From assembly GCA_949358305.1 (NCBI GenBank), contig OX442314.1:26412001-26476000 (forward strand): a DNA stretch of 64,000 nucleotides. The letters are read 5' to 3'. A model generated the notes under the pieces. That model was not told the DNA's origin and made no database searches. It was given only the letters and a program-made list of their open reading frames with translations. Shown here piece after piece: positions 22,614-35,300 of the stretch. Each line of letters opens with the position of its first letter. Position 1 is the first letter of the stretch. Source of the DNA: Strigamia acuminata (Eukaryota). Made by a program: the position numbers and the translations under genes.

Positions 22614-23026
22614 TATACTCTGGCTCATCGTAAGAGGGGGACCAGTTCCTATTCGCCGAGCCTGTTTATTCCTAACTGTTGCCTTTATACTACCACCAGG
22701 AAGTCTAGTTTTGTTGTGTTTTTAATTTGTTTGATTATTGTAATGGTTGAAATGATGTTAATTGACTTTTATTTAATAATAAAATGTTTTAAAAAATCTT
22801 AAAGCAATGTTTTATGCTGTTATTGTTTCAAAATACATGCTAGTTCAGTTCGTTCAGTTTATTGGTTGCTTTGTCAGAAAAGCAAGCAATTTTTGAATTT
22901 TATTATTGATTGTTTAGTCTGGCAAGCACTCAACATGTATTTTGGCCTACTTTTATGTATACCTACACCAGTGAAATGGCTCGGCCAATAGGAACTAGTC
23001 CCCCTCTTACGATGAGCCAGAGTATA
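22614..23026. mobile_element. MITE, TACTCT-terminus family
   Basis: TIRs tatactctggctcatcgtaagaggggga... / ...tccccctcttacgatgagccagagtata; internal sequence partly shared with 16206-16627. Confidence 0.85.
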
Positions 23027-26000
23027 GAAGTGGAATTAGAAAATCCAGTTGCTTCTATCTGCAATCCAAATGTACAATTGCTAAAATTTCCATGAAGTAA
23101 ATAGTGTGTGTCATGTAGTAGGGTTACTACACTTAATGATGTAATGAATATAACGCCCTCTGCAGATAACCATTGTAAACCAGTTAGGAAGTTACCTTCA
23201 GATGACAAGGTCATCACTCACTCATGTATGATCATTCAGAAGTATAACATGTGTTCCCTCATCAGTAAAAGCTAGAAGCATTCAATGTGGACTCTTTATT
23301 AAGCAATTAGATAACAGTGTGCAAGTGGATTAACGAATCCCTTCTATGTAGGTGGAAAATACAGTCTTGTAAGTTATACCTGCATTTGATTGATTCAAGG
23401 AGCTTCTTTTTGAAGCAACTGTCTTTGCAGTGCTTGTGTTCTTCCATTCCAACACAAGGATTCGATTTTGTTTTCAATAATATTTTCTGCATTATTCAAT
23501 GCGCTAAATATTTTACAGAGTAGTGAAGCTAATTGTCGTGTTGAACAGGTGCACCACTGAATGGCAGCACACGTGTTGTAAACACTGGGCTAAGGTGATA
23601 AGTCAGTTGACAACTGATTCAATAAACAGTTGTGGTGACCCTGATTTTATACCGCCTAAAATCATCGTCCCCGCTTAAATAATTATCTATTTAATTGTTT
23701 GGTGTGGCACACGCCAAAAGTGTGACTTGAGAGCGGAAATCCCTCAGGCACACTTTACCCTCTTTTGGGCTAATGCATTGCATCAGAGCGATAATAGTGA
23801 TGTAATACATCCTGTATTGCACCAAAATTATCACTCTACGCACATTTGGTGCGCAGGACCAGAGAGCACATAAATACCCAAATTTTGGTGCTCTCGATCA
23901 GACTCGACCACATCACCAACAAGAACACAACATCACTGCTTCGAACAAGGAACAAACCTGAACTTCAAGTATTGATAGTGTTAGTTTGGTGAGTTGAGAC
24001 TTCTATTTGCAGTTTCCACTGTATTATCGGTGGAACCAGCCACATTTGCGCTTTGTGTGTAACCGCCACTGCCGGTTACACGCACTCATCACGAATCTCG
24101 GGTAACGCCCGAGAAAACCGCTCACTGCCGGTTATTGTGAGTCTCGTTGACTTGTTCCGAGCCTCATCGTTGCTGGTACAGCACACACGCTTGTTCGTGA
24201 ACCATCGTGGACAACTGCAGACCACCGAGAGCTTCCTCCGGAGTCTGTAGTTTAAACCATCGTACGAGCGGCGAAATTTGTCTCGGCAAAGTCCGCCTCG
24301 CCATTTTGGTGTACGTGACAAACTCTGCGCCCAAATAAAAAACCTTTGTTCCACGAGAGCATTGTAGCTCTCGTTATTTTCATCTTTCCTTTCCTTTATC
24401 ATAATTATTAATATTAGTATTACCATTATTATTGTAAATTCATTGAATAAAGTTATTTGTATTTTTATTTCAATTCAAACTGCAGTTTTCATTTCACTAA
24501 AATTACCCCTAGACACCATTTTTACAGGCAGCCGAGTATAAGGCCTATCCACGGCATCTCAATTGCGAGATATTCACGAACAGGTAAGTATTTCGTGAAT
24601 AAATTCCCGGAGTCGCAACACAGTTAGTTAGGAATTTTCATCCTGTGCACTTCATTGGCTGTAGACACTACACTAATGTTGTCGTAAAGCCAAAGAATCA
24701 CAATTTTAGTTTCAAGCATCATAGGCAAACCACATGCCTGAACCGCATTTTCTTTAGCCTTAGTTCCTAGACCAGGGCATCACATTAGAGGTGAGTTAAT
24801 TAATTAAATGCTTGATAATTTTTTATGGCCGTTGGCAGAAAAAATTTCCCCACCCCAACCCTGTCTTAATCAGTGGCAGGTTAGCTTTTGCAAGGCCCTC
24901 GACAAAATGTTTACATTATTATTATTCCAATGCATAAGGGCGACGTCACATTTACGCATACATGTAGCGTACCTATTTATAACCTGACCAGAACCAACTT
25001 ACCCTGACTAAACGTTTACTGTTTTGTGCCAAATATTGGTTGTAAAAAATTAAAGCATAGCTTAAAACCTAGAGTGGAAGATTAACGCGAATTTATATAT
25101 TGCGCTTACAGATACTTTTTGTCGGCGTAAATGCGACGTCGCCCGTACGCATTTAGTGTTTGACGTGCATATGCGTAAGTGCAACATTGGTTCGTCGCAC
25201 TTATATGTTGGATCACCAATGGTTGAAGTAGGCAAAAAGTAAAAAAATCAAATTTCTACATTTTGTGAATAATACTGTACTTCAAGAAATGAAAATCTGA
25301 GGATTGAAACAGCAGTCTGTAGAATGTTTCGTTTACTCATAAGAATAGAATATTTTTCAGCTCCTTCTGGACGAACGTATAACTATAAAAAAAATACAAA
25401 ATTTGAATCAAACCGAATGCAATCTAAAAATGACGAATAAACAACTGATCCCATAAAGAACTGGAAGTAGATAATTAGGGTAACGACAACTTTTTATAAC
25501 ATTTGTATACTTATACAAAGATTTAGGTTTGACTGTGCGCAAAGCATGGCAGAGAAGAATATGTCCGAGCCATGTCAACTGCAACTATGCTAAAACTCTG
25601 GATATTTTGAACACACAACACATAACAGAGAAATCTTGGAATACAGACAGTAAGTTACCTGAAACAACCCATTAGTGCATTCGATACACACAGGTCTTTT
25701 AATAATGAGGAAAAATGTAGATGTAGTTCCAGCATATTTCATTGGGTCTGTAATAAAAGACATTTGTACGGGTTACTGGCACAATTATTATTCTAATTGG
25801 GTGTACTTATTTTTATATCCAAACATGTTCCTGTGTGCATGTAAATATCTTTATCCTCGTAGCTTTTCTCACCTTCCCGGTTCAAGAAACCTGATCCCTA
25901 CAATCGAAAAGCAAACAATCAAAATTGTTCTGTCTGTGTGTTAAAAATGGTAAATGTTAAATTTGAAACCCCAAAGTGCTTTAAAGATAAAAAAAAAAAG

Positions 26001-26045
26001 TAAGAACTAACACAAATTTTGTCATATGTGGCATTGGATACCCGA

Positions 26046-26296
26046 TGTAGTAATACCATGAACCAAGGATAACATGATCACGTATCAACATGTTCAATAC
26101 GTTTTGCCACTGATGGCGCCACATAATACATAGCTGCATTGTATTCTGGGATGACAACAGGTAACAAATGTGTTAGTCGGCAAGCAATGCATTATACGTG
26201 ATTGCTGTCATCCAATCAGCGCACAGAATAACGAATCAATAGGAAATAACTAACGGATACGTGTCCATGTTATCCTTGGTTCATGGTAATACTACA
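26046..26296. mobile_element. MITE abutting LINE fragment
   Basis: 41-bp near-perfect TIR tgtagtaataccatgaaccaaggataacatg..cacgtatc. Confidence 0.8.
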
Positions 26297-26785
26297 CAAA
26301 ACACTGCGCGCAACAACCCGATAAACATGAGGACCAAAAGTAAGGCCATCATCCACAGTAACACCAAGATACCTAATAGTTGAACAACGAGGTATAAGAA
26401 CACCAGCAAAACGACAAAGAAAACAAAGCTTAACCGTCCTCGAGAAAAAGGACACGACAACCGACTTTTCAAGATTTACCGATATATGGCTCAAAGACGT
26501 CCACTCAAGGACCACACCGAGACACTGCTGAAGACGACTACAGTCCTCAATCGAGCAGATGACCACACCCAACTTGGTATTGTCCATGAATAAAGCATGG
26601 TAAAAATCACAAATAAAACACGATAAATCATTCATAAAAATCAAGAAAAAAATACGGCCAAGGATAGAGCCCTGGGGGACACCAGTTAAACAATTAAAGG
26701 AAACAGGATAAACATAGTCACCACACTTAACATAAGCAGAACGAGAACTCAAAAAACTCTTAAACAAGAAGCAGAAAACGTACAA
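26297..26785 (-). mobile_element. Degenerate non-LTR (CR1/L2/Jockey-group) reverse transcriptase fragment
   Basis: GVPQGSILG..FFLIFMNDL, decayed FADD (FMDNTKL), N.EKS, RYLGV..D..LTF..H. Confidence 0.85.
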
Positions 26786-28150
26786 GTATTTTAATTTTTG
26801 AATGCAGCTAGTGTCTGGAAAAATCTAGTAAAATAAGAAATTTCTTTTCATTTTCTCACAAAAATATCAAATTCTTATTCAACGCTGAAGCAGCAAGAAT
26901 AAAATATTGTGTTTTTTGACAGCTTGTGAACACTTTTGAAAAAGGAACGGTAATTATAATATTAACTCTGCAGTCACATACCTCGACAAATTTCTGCATT
27001 AAGGATTTATCCACTTTTGGCTTCTGAGAGTCCCACAGTTTTTTTAGCAACGATAAAGGCTTTGAAGTGTTCAGTAAATCAATAAAATGAACATCGCAAT
27101 GGTTTTTGCTTATCTTTTTTGCATATCTTATCCGTAATGTAGTCATCAAATGGCTATCCCCACAAGCAATTACATTGGGCAAGTACAGAGTGCCATTTTC
27201 CACAACTGTGACTACCATTTTTGTAGGTTCACTACAGTACAGTTGTACTTTCATCACCGCCAAAATAGTTGCAAGTACGATGCTCACAACTAACACAATT
27301 AAATGGCCAATACGTTCAATGGTTAATTTCTTGTTTGCACTAGTGTTAGTGGTTTCGATTAATATATTCTCATACACTTTCTGTATTCTAGTTTTAATTT
27401 TTTTGTTCAATTGATAAGCACGACGAGAATTTGCTGGTCTGATCGTTGCCCAAAGCCGACGAGTTAAAGTTTGTCCTATTGCCATTAAGAATCCCAAATT
27501 TCCTCCGAAATCTATTAACAATGCAATTTTGTCGTAAGTATACTCTTCGGTCAGAAGCAGATATGTTTCTTCGGTTTGTAACGCATATACTTGTAATACG
27601 ATTTTATTTTTGTCTTTTTCTGGTAATTTCTCTACAGCGATTCTTGACATGTACATGTGCTTCGTGCAAGGTCTTCGGCACCCACAATCTAAAGTTGCCA
27701 CGGTTGTTAATTCACGTATGTATGCGTTCTTATAAATTGCAGGAACTTTGCTTTTGTTTTTCAAATCAGTGCAATCTGGAATGCTGCTATTATATTCCAT
27801 ATAGGGTAACCTAAAATGAAGAGTAAAGTCTGTATATTCTGGTCTCTGATTGGTGACCACAAATTAATTTTTGCAATTTTTAAGTTAATGCTCTTCTTCC
27901 GAACATCGTCACAGAATTTGCTCCGACAGCTCATAGGTCTTGTTAAAAACAACCAGTAAAGCAACGTTTCTATTGTATGGTTTTCAGTCCAGAATACTGG
28001 TAAATGCCTAACTATGGATGTGTGAGATTATTTTGCTTTTGTCTCTGATATAATTTAATTTTTGGGTTTTAAGAATTAATGACTTTTAAATTTGTTTATT
28101 TTTATTAAATCGACAAATTATGACGAATTTCTTATAACAGAATCCTCTAT

Positions 28151-28998
28151 TACCGTACTGCCTTGAATAAACGTCGGAGTGTTTATTTATTTTTTCGACT
28201 CAACCCCCCCCCCCCCCCCACCCCATGTTTATTCAAAGTCCGGTGCTTATTCGACCCGGGCGTCTATAAAAAAAAAAGTTGAAAACATAACAAGTATACT
28301 CTGGTTCGACTCAAGAGTATGCCCTTCTAAGAGCCGCATCACTGGTGTAGTGATCCAAAAATGTAGACCCAAACACCATAACAAACATGAGTTTTTCATT
28401 CATATGTTCATAGAACTTTATTTAATAAGTTTAATAAGTATAATAAGTATAAAAATAATCAAAATTATATCAACTTAAATGGTAATAACAATCACAAATC
28501 ATAATAAAAATAAAAACTACTTTTCCTAGTGGTAGTAATAAAACTTGAGTTAGGAGTAATGCGACTCTTAGAAGGGCATACTCTTGAGTCGAACCAGAGT
28601 ATAGTAATAAATTTCATGAATTTGTCTCGAGTCCACACCGAACTTCCTTGTCACCACTTCACCAGAATTTTCCAATGCAAACATCACTGCACGTAACTTA
28701 AATTCGAGGTCTTACGAACGGTTTTAAAGACTGGTTGGAGCCATACAGCTGTATTAATGGTAAAAATGCAGCAGTGAAACAATGAAGGCGTGTTAAATAC
28801 TGGATTCGTAACGTACGGTATAGTCGATTAAAAACGTTATCCGAACGTTTTCATGTATTTACTCTAAACCCGGCGTTTAAACAAACCTGACGTTTATTCG
28901 AGGCTGGAGCTTATAAATATTTCGGCGATCGGTTGACCGGCGCTTAATCGAGAGCCGGCGTTTGATTAGACCCGGCGTTTATGCAAGGCACTACGGTA
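28151..28998. mobile_element. pogo/Tigger-like non-autonomous element containing a nested MITE
   Basis: TIR taccgtactgccttgaataaacg / cgtttatgcaaggcactacggta. Confidence 0.75.
28295..28603. mobile_element. Nested MITE, TACTCT-terminus family
   Basis: TIR tatactctggttcgactcaagagtatgcccttctaagag / ctcttagaagggcatactcttgagtcgaaccagagtata. Confidence 0.85.
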
Positions 28999-29215
28999 AC
29001 TCACATTTTTGGTGATAAATTGTATTAAATATTTTAGAAATACCGTATGCCGGTACTGGTACCGTTGATAAAAAAACCAAAGGTTCGTGTACCGAGTCGC
29101 GATACATTTTTTCGAGTACTGGCCCAACACTGGTTAATAATGAATTGATAATATTGGATTTATTTTATTTAATTCACCACTTATATTCATCCAGTCCTAC
29201 GTAGTTATTCATAAC

Positions 29216-29375
29216 TACAGTGTACTCTGTGTAGACTGGACATAGGACGGGTCCCAGAAAGTTGTCCAGAGCAACTGTCCAGTTGAGAGAGAGGATTTAA
29301 CATTGCCGGATATAAGTCGGAACCCCCAAACCTGTCTGGACGGCACTATGTCCGGTCTACACAGAAAACACTGTA
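29216..29375. mobile_element. Tc1/mariner-like MITE (TA-CAGTG ends)
   Basis: tacagtgtactctgtgtagactggacatag / ctatgtccggtctacacagaaaacactgta. Confidence 0.7.
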
Positions 29376-31557
29376 GTAGATATCTTCACTGACTATTATT
29401 GATTAACTCAGTATTAGCTGGTGCTGAGTCAATTACATAATGTATTTAATTATGATTGGATATAAATGATTACAGACCGACATTCGCTCCTTTCCAACCT
29501 TGCTAAACATTCTTGGTAGCGTTTAATCTGAGTTTCTTTGTCTGATTCACAATGAGGTATGTTTAATGGTAAAAAGCGATACTACAAATTTAAAAAGGTA
29601 AAATAAAATGTTTTTTTATAAAAAAAAATATTTAATTACCTGTCGCAGAAAGAAAACAAATGAGGCCTTATTGCCTACTGTAACCGGTAATACATATTGT
29701 AATGGCATTATAGGATTGTCAAGTGACATCTACGTATGTGAAAAGAAAAAAACTTAGGATAACCATATTTATAAAGTCATTTAAACTGGCTCTCTTTTGT
29801 AAACCACTCTAAATGTCAAATTTTACATGACAAATTTTACGTTTATCATAGCTTTTGCATTTGGGATTAAGCAGATTATGCTCACAGCATTTAAACAGCA
29901 AAACTTGTTGACTAAAATTTTAAACTGACTTTTGAAATGCAGTACTGTGGTGCATTGTGGTGGTTTTAAGTATAGTTTTGGATATTAATGTGAGTGAATG
30001 TGTTTATTTATCGCTGAAGCTGTACTATTTGAAAATAGTATAGTGTACCCACCAGTATGCCACTTCGATCGCAGTATCCATCTGTATGTAATCCAACATT
30101 AAATTCAGTTCCTTCACTAAGGAAATAAGCTAAAAAAAAAATACAATAATTTTGCGTGAATGTTAAAGATTGAGTGATCAGAAACCATTTCTTATTTTTC
30201 ATTTGCTTCCCATTCTAATTTGGCTAAATGTTTCCACTTTTCAATATTATTTTATATATGGACATCAAATTAAAATACAAAGCAAGCAAATCACTGCAAA
30301 AGACCAAAAGGGCGAGAACTGGACACCACATCAGTCTTTTGGTTGTCAAATATTACCTCCATCGACGACCAATGATGTTCCCATTACAGTTTTCTTTTCA
30401 TAAATGTCAAACATTGATGGGTTTTTTGTGACGTATGTAAGATTGCCTTCATGTCCAGTCATACTAAAGATTTGGTATTTGTACTATAAATACACAAAAA
30501 ACCTTTTTTTAAAAAAAAATATTACTTCATGTATTATAAATTGTAAATTTTAGTATTAGGATTGTTGAATTTTAATGATTTTCTCAAGGGTTTTCTTTCT
30601 GTTTTAAGTTTCTTTGGTTTTACGTATGTTAAAGTTGTCACGCGTCTTGTTCGAGTTGCATAAACGTGCTTATTCCTGTTTCCAGTGTTTAAACTCCCTT
30701 TATCATTTGTTTTGTTTGTCATCCAATAAATCTAATCCTATTTTTTTTTTTAATTTCCTGAGTTTTGACCTTGTCATAACTTTGATTTTGTCTATCTGTC
30801 ACTCCTGTCTGGTTTTGGACTTGAGTGATTGATTTTGATAATTTGGATCGGTCTATTTGATGTTTTACTCTTGTTTCCCCCTCGTTTATTTTTTACTTTC
30901 TCCCATTTAATTTACATTTGACTTGTGATGCATTGAATGACTCAGTTCATCATTATTCACCAATGCATCTCATTGGCTACTCTAACTGTCTCTGATTGGT
31001 CCTTCTATCCTGACCCAAGTTTACCTTTTTGAATGCAACCTTCTATTTGGCGCAGAATTAGTTTGCACTTTGACTTGTTAAGAGCTCTCTTCTTGAGTAG
31101 CCAGAGTCTCACGAGCCTCTTTTTCTCCCCTGGGTTTACCTCTCACATCTTTGTAGATATGCATGTTTTATCCTTTTGAATTCCTCTTTCTATTCCTTTT
31201 TTTGTATATTTTAATCACGACGTTGAAATGTCTCTGGAGCCAAATTGAATTAATTGGCCATTAGTTTATTTATTTGACTGTCTGAGCACGTTTCATTGCG
31301 CGTAAGCTTGGTCTGGCCGCTCCTCCATTCTGGGGCCCAAGCCAGATTCTGCATCTTTTCTATACCTTCGAAGCATTGGAACGACCGCATGCATATGTTA
31401 ATATCCCGTGTTGCTCTCTTTTTGTTTAGGTATATCTCTTTTCTGTCCCAGTATTTTAAGATTCAAAAAGACCCGTACTATTAATCGTCTCATGTCGAGC
31501 ACTTGGAAATTGTTCCACCACACTGCAGCATAATTTCGAAGACAGGCAGGTGCTCAA

Positions 31558-31921
31558 TAGGGTTGTGCAGTTATTTCTTCGGACGAGGGCGGTGCGGTTG
31601 CCATAAAAAAACAGAATGCATGCGATATATCGCAAAACCACAAAAAACCGCAAAAAACTGCATAACTGCTAAAAACACAAAACCGCTCAACCGCAATTTT
31701 ATATAAAAAATTAATTGCACAATTGGTTATTTTTATTGATTTTTAATGTTTTTATCCATTTTTAATGGTTTTTATTTGATTTTTTTCCGTTTTTATCAGT
31801 TTTCTTTAAGGATTCTTTGCAGTTTTGCAGTTTTCTGCGGTTTGCGGTTAATCTTGTTGCGGTTTTTAAAAAAAATGGCAGTGCGATGTATCCGGATATA
31901 TCGCACTCGTGAACAACCCTA
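31558..31921. mobile_element. hAT-like MITE
   Basis: TAGGGTTG / CAACCCTA termini, 8-bp TSD gtgctcaa/gtgctcag (7/8), and inverted subterminal aaaccgc repeats. Confidence 0.75.
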
Positions 31922-32303
31922 GTGCTCAGGACCAGCTCTCCCAAGTGTACTCTTAACTGCGCAAAATTGAAGATGCGTTTGTGAAGATTCGCAAAGTCGA
32001 TTTGTAACTAATTTTGACTAAAACTGTGTAAATTTACTACTTTTCTAACTTTTATGAATTCTCGAAATAAAGCATGTCTTTTTTGGGTTAAGAACAAGTT
32101 TATTGTAATTTCTGGGGGTCACAAGTACAAATTCAGGGGAACAAAGGGTGAAACAAGATAATTTATGACACTTTTACAGCACTTCCGGTCACGCGTCATT
32201 CAATATCACTCAAAAACACCTCCTGCAGGTTGGCTTCTCTGTGCTGCGCCGTGCTCTTTCCCTCGAACTCGTGCGACCTTGTTACTTCTAACAACGCCAG
32301 TTT

Positions 32304-35300
32304 TCACACTGGGGCCGGAGTGGTATCACCACTCAACTCTTCCATGTCGTGAGTTTCCAGAACGCACAATCGCTGTACTGGTCGACGCAAGTTCTTTCCG
32401 ACTGGTAACTTTATCTCACATGCGCGAACACGACCGTCTCGTCCACGGAATATCTCAACGACTCTTCCTATTTTCCAGGTCATCCTGGGCTGGTTTAACT
32501 CTTCTACGAGAACTACATCTCCTTGTTTAACTTCTCGTGAATTCTTATCATTTTTACGGTGAACTCTCAGCTCGGTGAGATATTCCTTTTGCCATCGCGT
32601 CCACCAATGTCCTAACTTCAGTTGACGGAGTTTCCAACGCTTCAAAATCGTGACTGATGTCGATGGCAACTGTTGAATCGTTTTTTGGCTGGGGTCTGGC
32701 AAAGTACAGCTTCGTTTTCCGACCAGAAAATGAGCTGGAGTGAGTGGGTGAGTGTCTTCGTCTTCAGTGTATACGTAGGAGAGTGGTCGCGAATTTATGC
32801 ACGACTCGACTTCCGAGAGAATGGTTGTCAATTCTTCAAAATCTAGGGATGACTTTCCCAAGACTTTTTTCAAGCTGGACTTAGTTGACTTCACCATTCG
32901 CTCCCAAAAGCCACCCCACCACGGTGCACGTTCGACTATATACTGCCATTTCACGCCTCGTTCGGTCAGAAATCCTTGTATCTGTTCGCCTCTCACTGCA
33001 TTCAACAAAACACAAAGTTCTTTCTCTGTTCGCTTGAACGTCAGCGCATTGTCGGAGTAGATCGTGCTTGGGACTCCTCTGCGCGCAAAAAATCGTTTCA
33101 ATGCCTGAATGAATCGCTCCGTATTCATGCTTGAAACTAATTCCAAGTGCACGGCTCGAACAACCGCACACGTGAACACGACGATGTAGCATTTTTCTCC
33201 ACTACGTTGGTACAATGGGCCCGCGAAGTCGACTCCAACGACTTGAAATGGCTCAGCTTGAGTGACACGATCTGGTGGCAACGATGATTCTGTCTGGCGC
33301 ACGAAACGTCCTTGCACTCGCTTGCACACGAAACATTTGTGTAACACGCTTTTTACTGTCCTTCTCAGCTTTGGCATCCAAAACTTTTGACGAATTTCTG
33401 CCAAAGTCTCTCCAAGTCCACCGTGGAAAATTCTTTGATGTGCTTCTGAAACGATAAGAGTGGTTAAAATGTGATTTGAGGGCAAAACATAAGGATTTTT
33501 CATGTTGCTGTCGATTTTTGCCCATCGCAATCTGGTATTCAATCGCATTAAACCATTTTCGTCTATATAACACGAGACTTTGTTCAAAAAAGAGTTATGA
33601 GCGAACTCCTGACGATGGCTGAGTGCTGCGAGTTCTGTTGCAAAGTTCGATTGTTGCATTACACGAAGCCAATAAAGCTCTGCTGCCGATAATTCATTCA
33701 CCGTCAACGGTGCGCCATTTCTAACTTTGTCTCTGGTGTTTTTGACGAATCTTTGCACCCATCCGGTCACTCGTACTAATTGTCTCCAGCTGCCGTATTT
33801 TGATGGCTCGTCCATCAATGGTGGCTCTGGAATCACGGCTGCTGCTGCCAAATAGTCCTCTGAATCGATCTCGTCGCTATTCTCGTCTATTTTAATGTCT
33901 GGCCATTCGTTCTCGTCCTTCACAAGCCACTCGGGGCCATTCCACCACGTATTCGCTTGAATCAACGCCTCTGCATCTATCCCTCGTGTTAGAAGGTCTG
34001 CTGGATTCTGGACTCCTGGACAGTGTCGCCAACTCGAAAAAGGTACGTGTATCTGGATTTCCTCCACTCTCCTGGCTACGAATGGAATGGCTTTCCTTTT
34101 CTCGTTCAACCAACACAAAACGATTGTCGAATCTGTCCAAGCTGTAACTTTTGCAGTGGTGAATTGTTTCAGTCTGTGCGCAATTCTGGCCAGCAGCAAA
34201 GCTCCCATCAACTCGAGTCTGGGCAACGTAATCGTCTTAATTGGCGCGATCCTGCATTTGGAAAGAATAAAAAATACATTACAACTTCCATTTGGGTGAC
34301 GCACACGATTGTACGCCACCACCCCGTACGCTAAGGGGCTCGCATCACAAAACAGATGGATTTCGTGATTATTCAATTCTGCATCCAAGCCAAAATGTCG
34401 TGGCACGCAAATATTTTCCAACAATGGCAACTGCTTTTTCCATTTCTCCCACTGTTCGAGAAGTTCGAGGGAGAGACGACTGTCCCATCCAATCTGCAAT
34501 TTCCACAACTGCTGGAAAAACAGCTTTCCTGAAACTGTAAACGGCGACGCAAATCCTAACGGATCGAAGATCTGTGCAACCAATTGAATAACCTGCCGTT
34601 TAGTGTTCGATTCACGTTCCAAAGTTGCTTTCACATCCTCGAGTTCTAGTGACAAGTCGTCTCTCTCACCATTCCACTTCAGGCCCAACACTTTTTGCTC
34701 ATTTTCGAACGTTGCAGTTGGATGGTCAACAGCAAATTGCTCTCGTAGCACTGGGGAATTGCTGTACCACTTCACTAGTTCCATATTGGCTTCGAGCATG
34801 ATTGTTGACGTCTTCTTGTAGACATCAATGGCTTCTGTTGTTGTCTTTTCACTGTTCAAAAAGTCATCAACATAAAATCTCTTTAACAATTTCATAATTA
34901 ATTCGGGAAAACGATCTGCATATTGTTCGAGATGGTGTTGTATCGTTCCGTTCAAGAGATAGGGACTTGGAGATGCTCCAAATAGGACTCTGGTTTGTCG
35001 GAGAATCTCCAACACGATTGGTCCTTCAACGTCCCATCCATCCGCGATCCACAGAAACCTCACCGCATCTCGGTCAGCTAACGCCAGCAAAATTTGATGA
35101 AACGCTTGTTTAATGTCTCCAATCAATGCCACAATGAATTGTCTGAAAAATAAAAGGGCATTGATTAATTCTGGAAGGAGATTTGGCCCTGTAAACAGGC
35201 AGTCGTTGAGAGAGCGACTCTTCTGCGCGTGCGACGAGGCGTCGTAGACTATGCGCAATTTTGTGGTGCTTCTCCGCTCTCGAATTACTGGTCGATGTGG

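Noticed and set aside
23979..24620. Possible solo LTR (TGTT...AACA)
   Set aside because: No matching TSD found; the boundaries are arbitrary.
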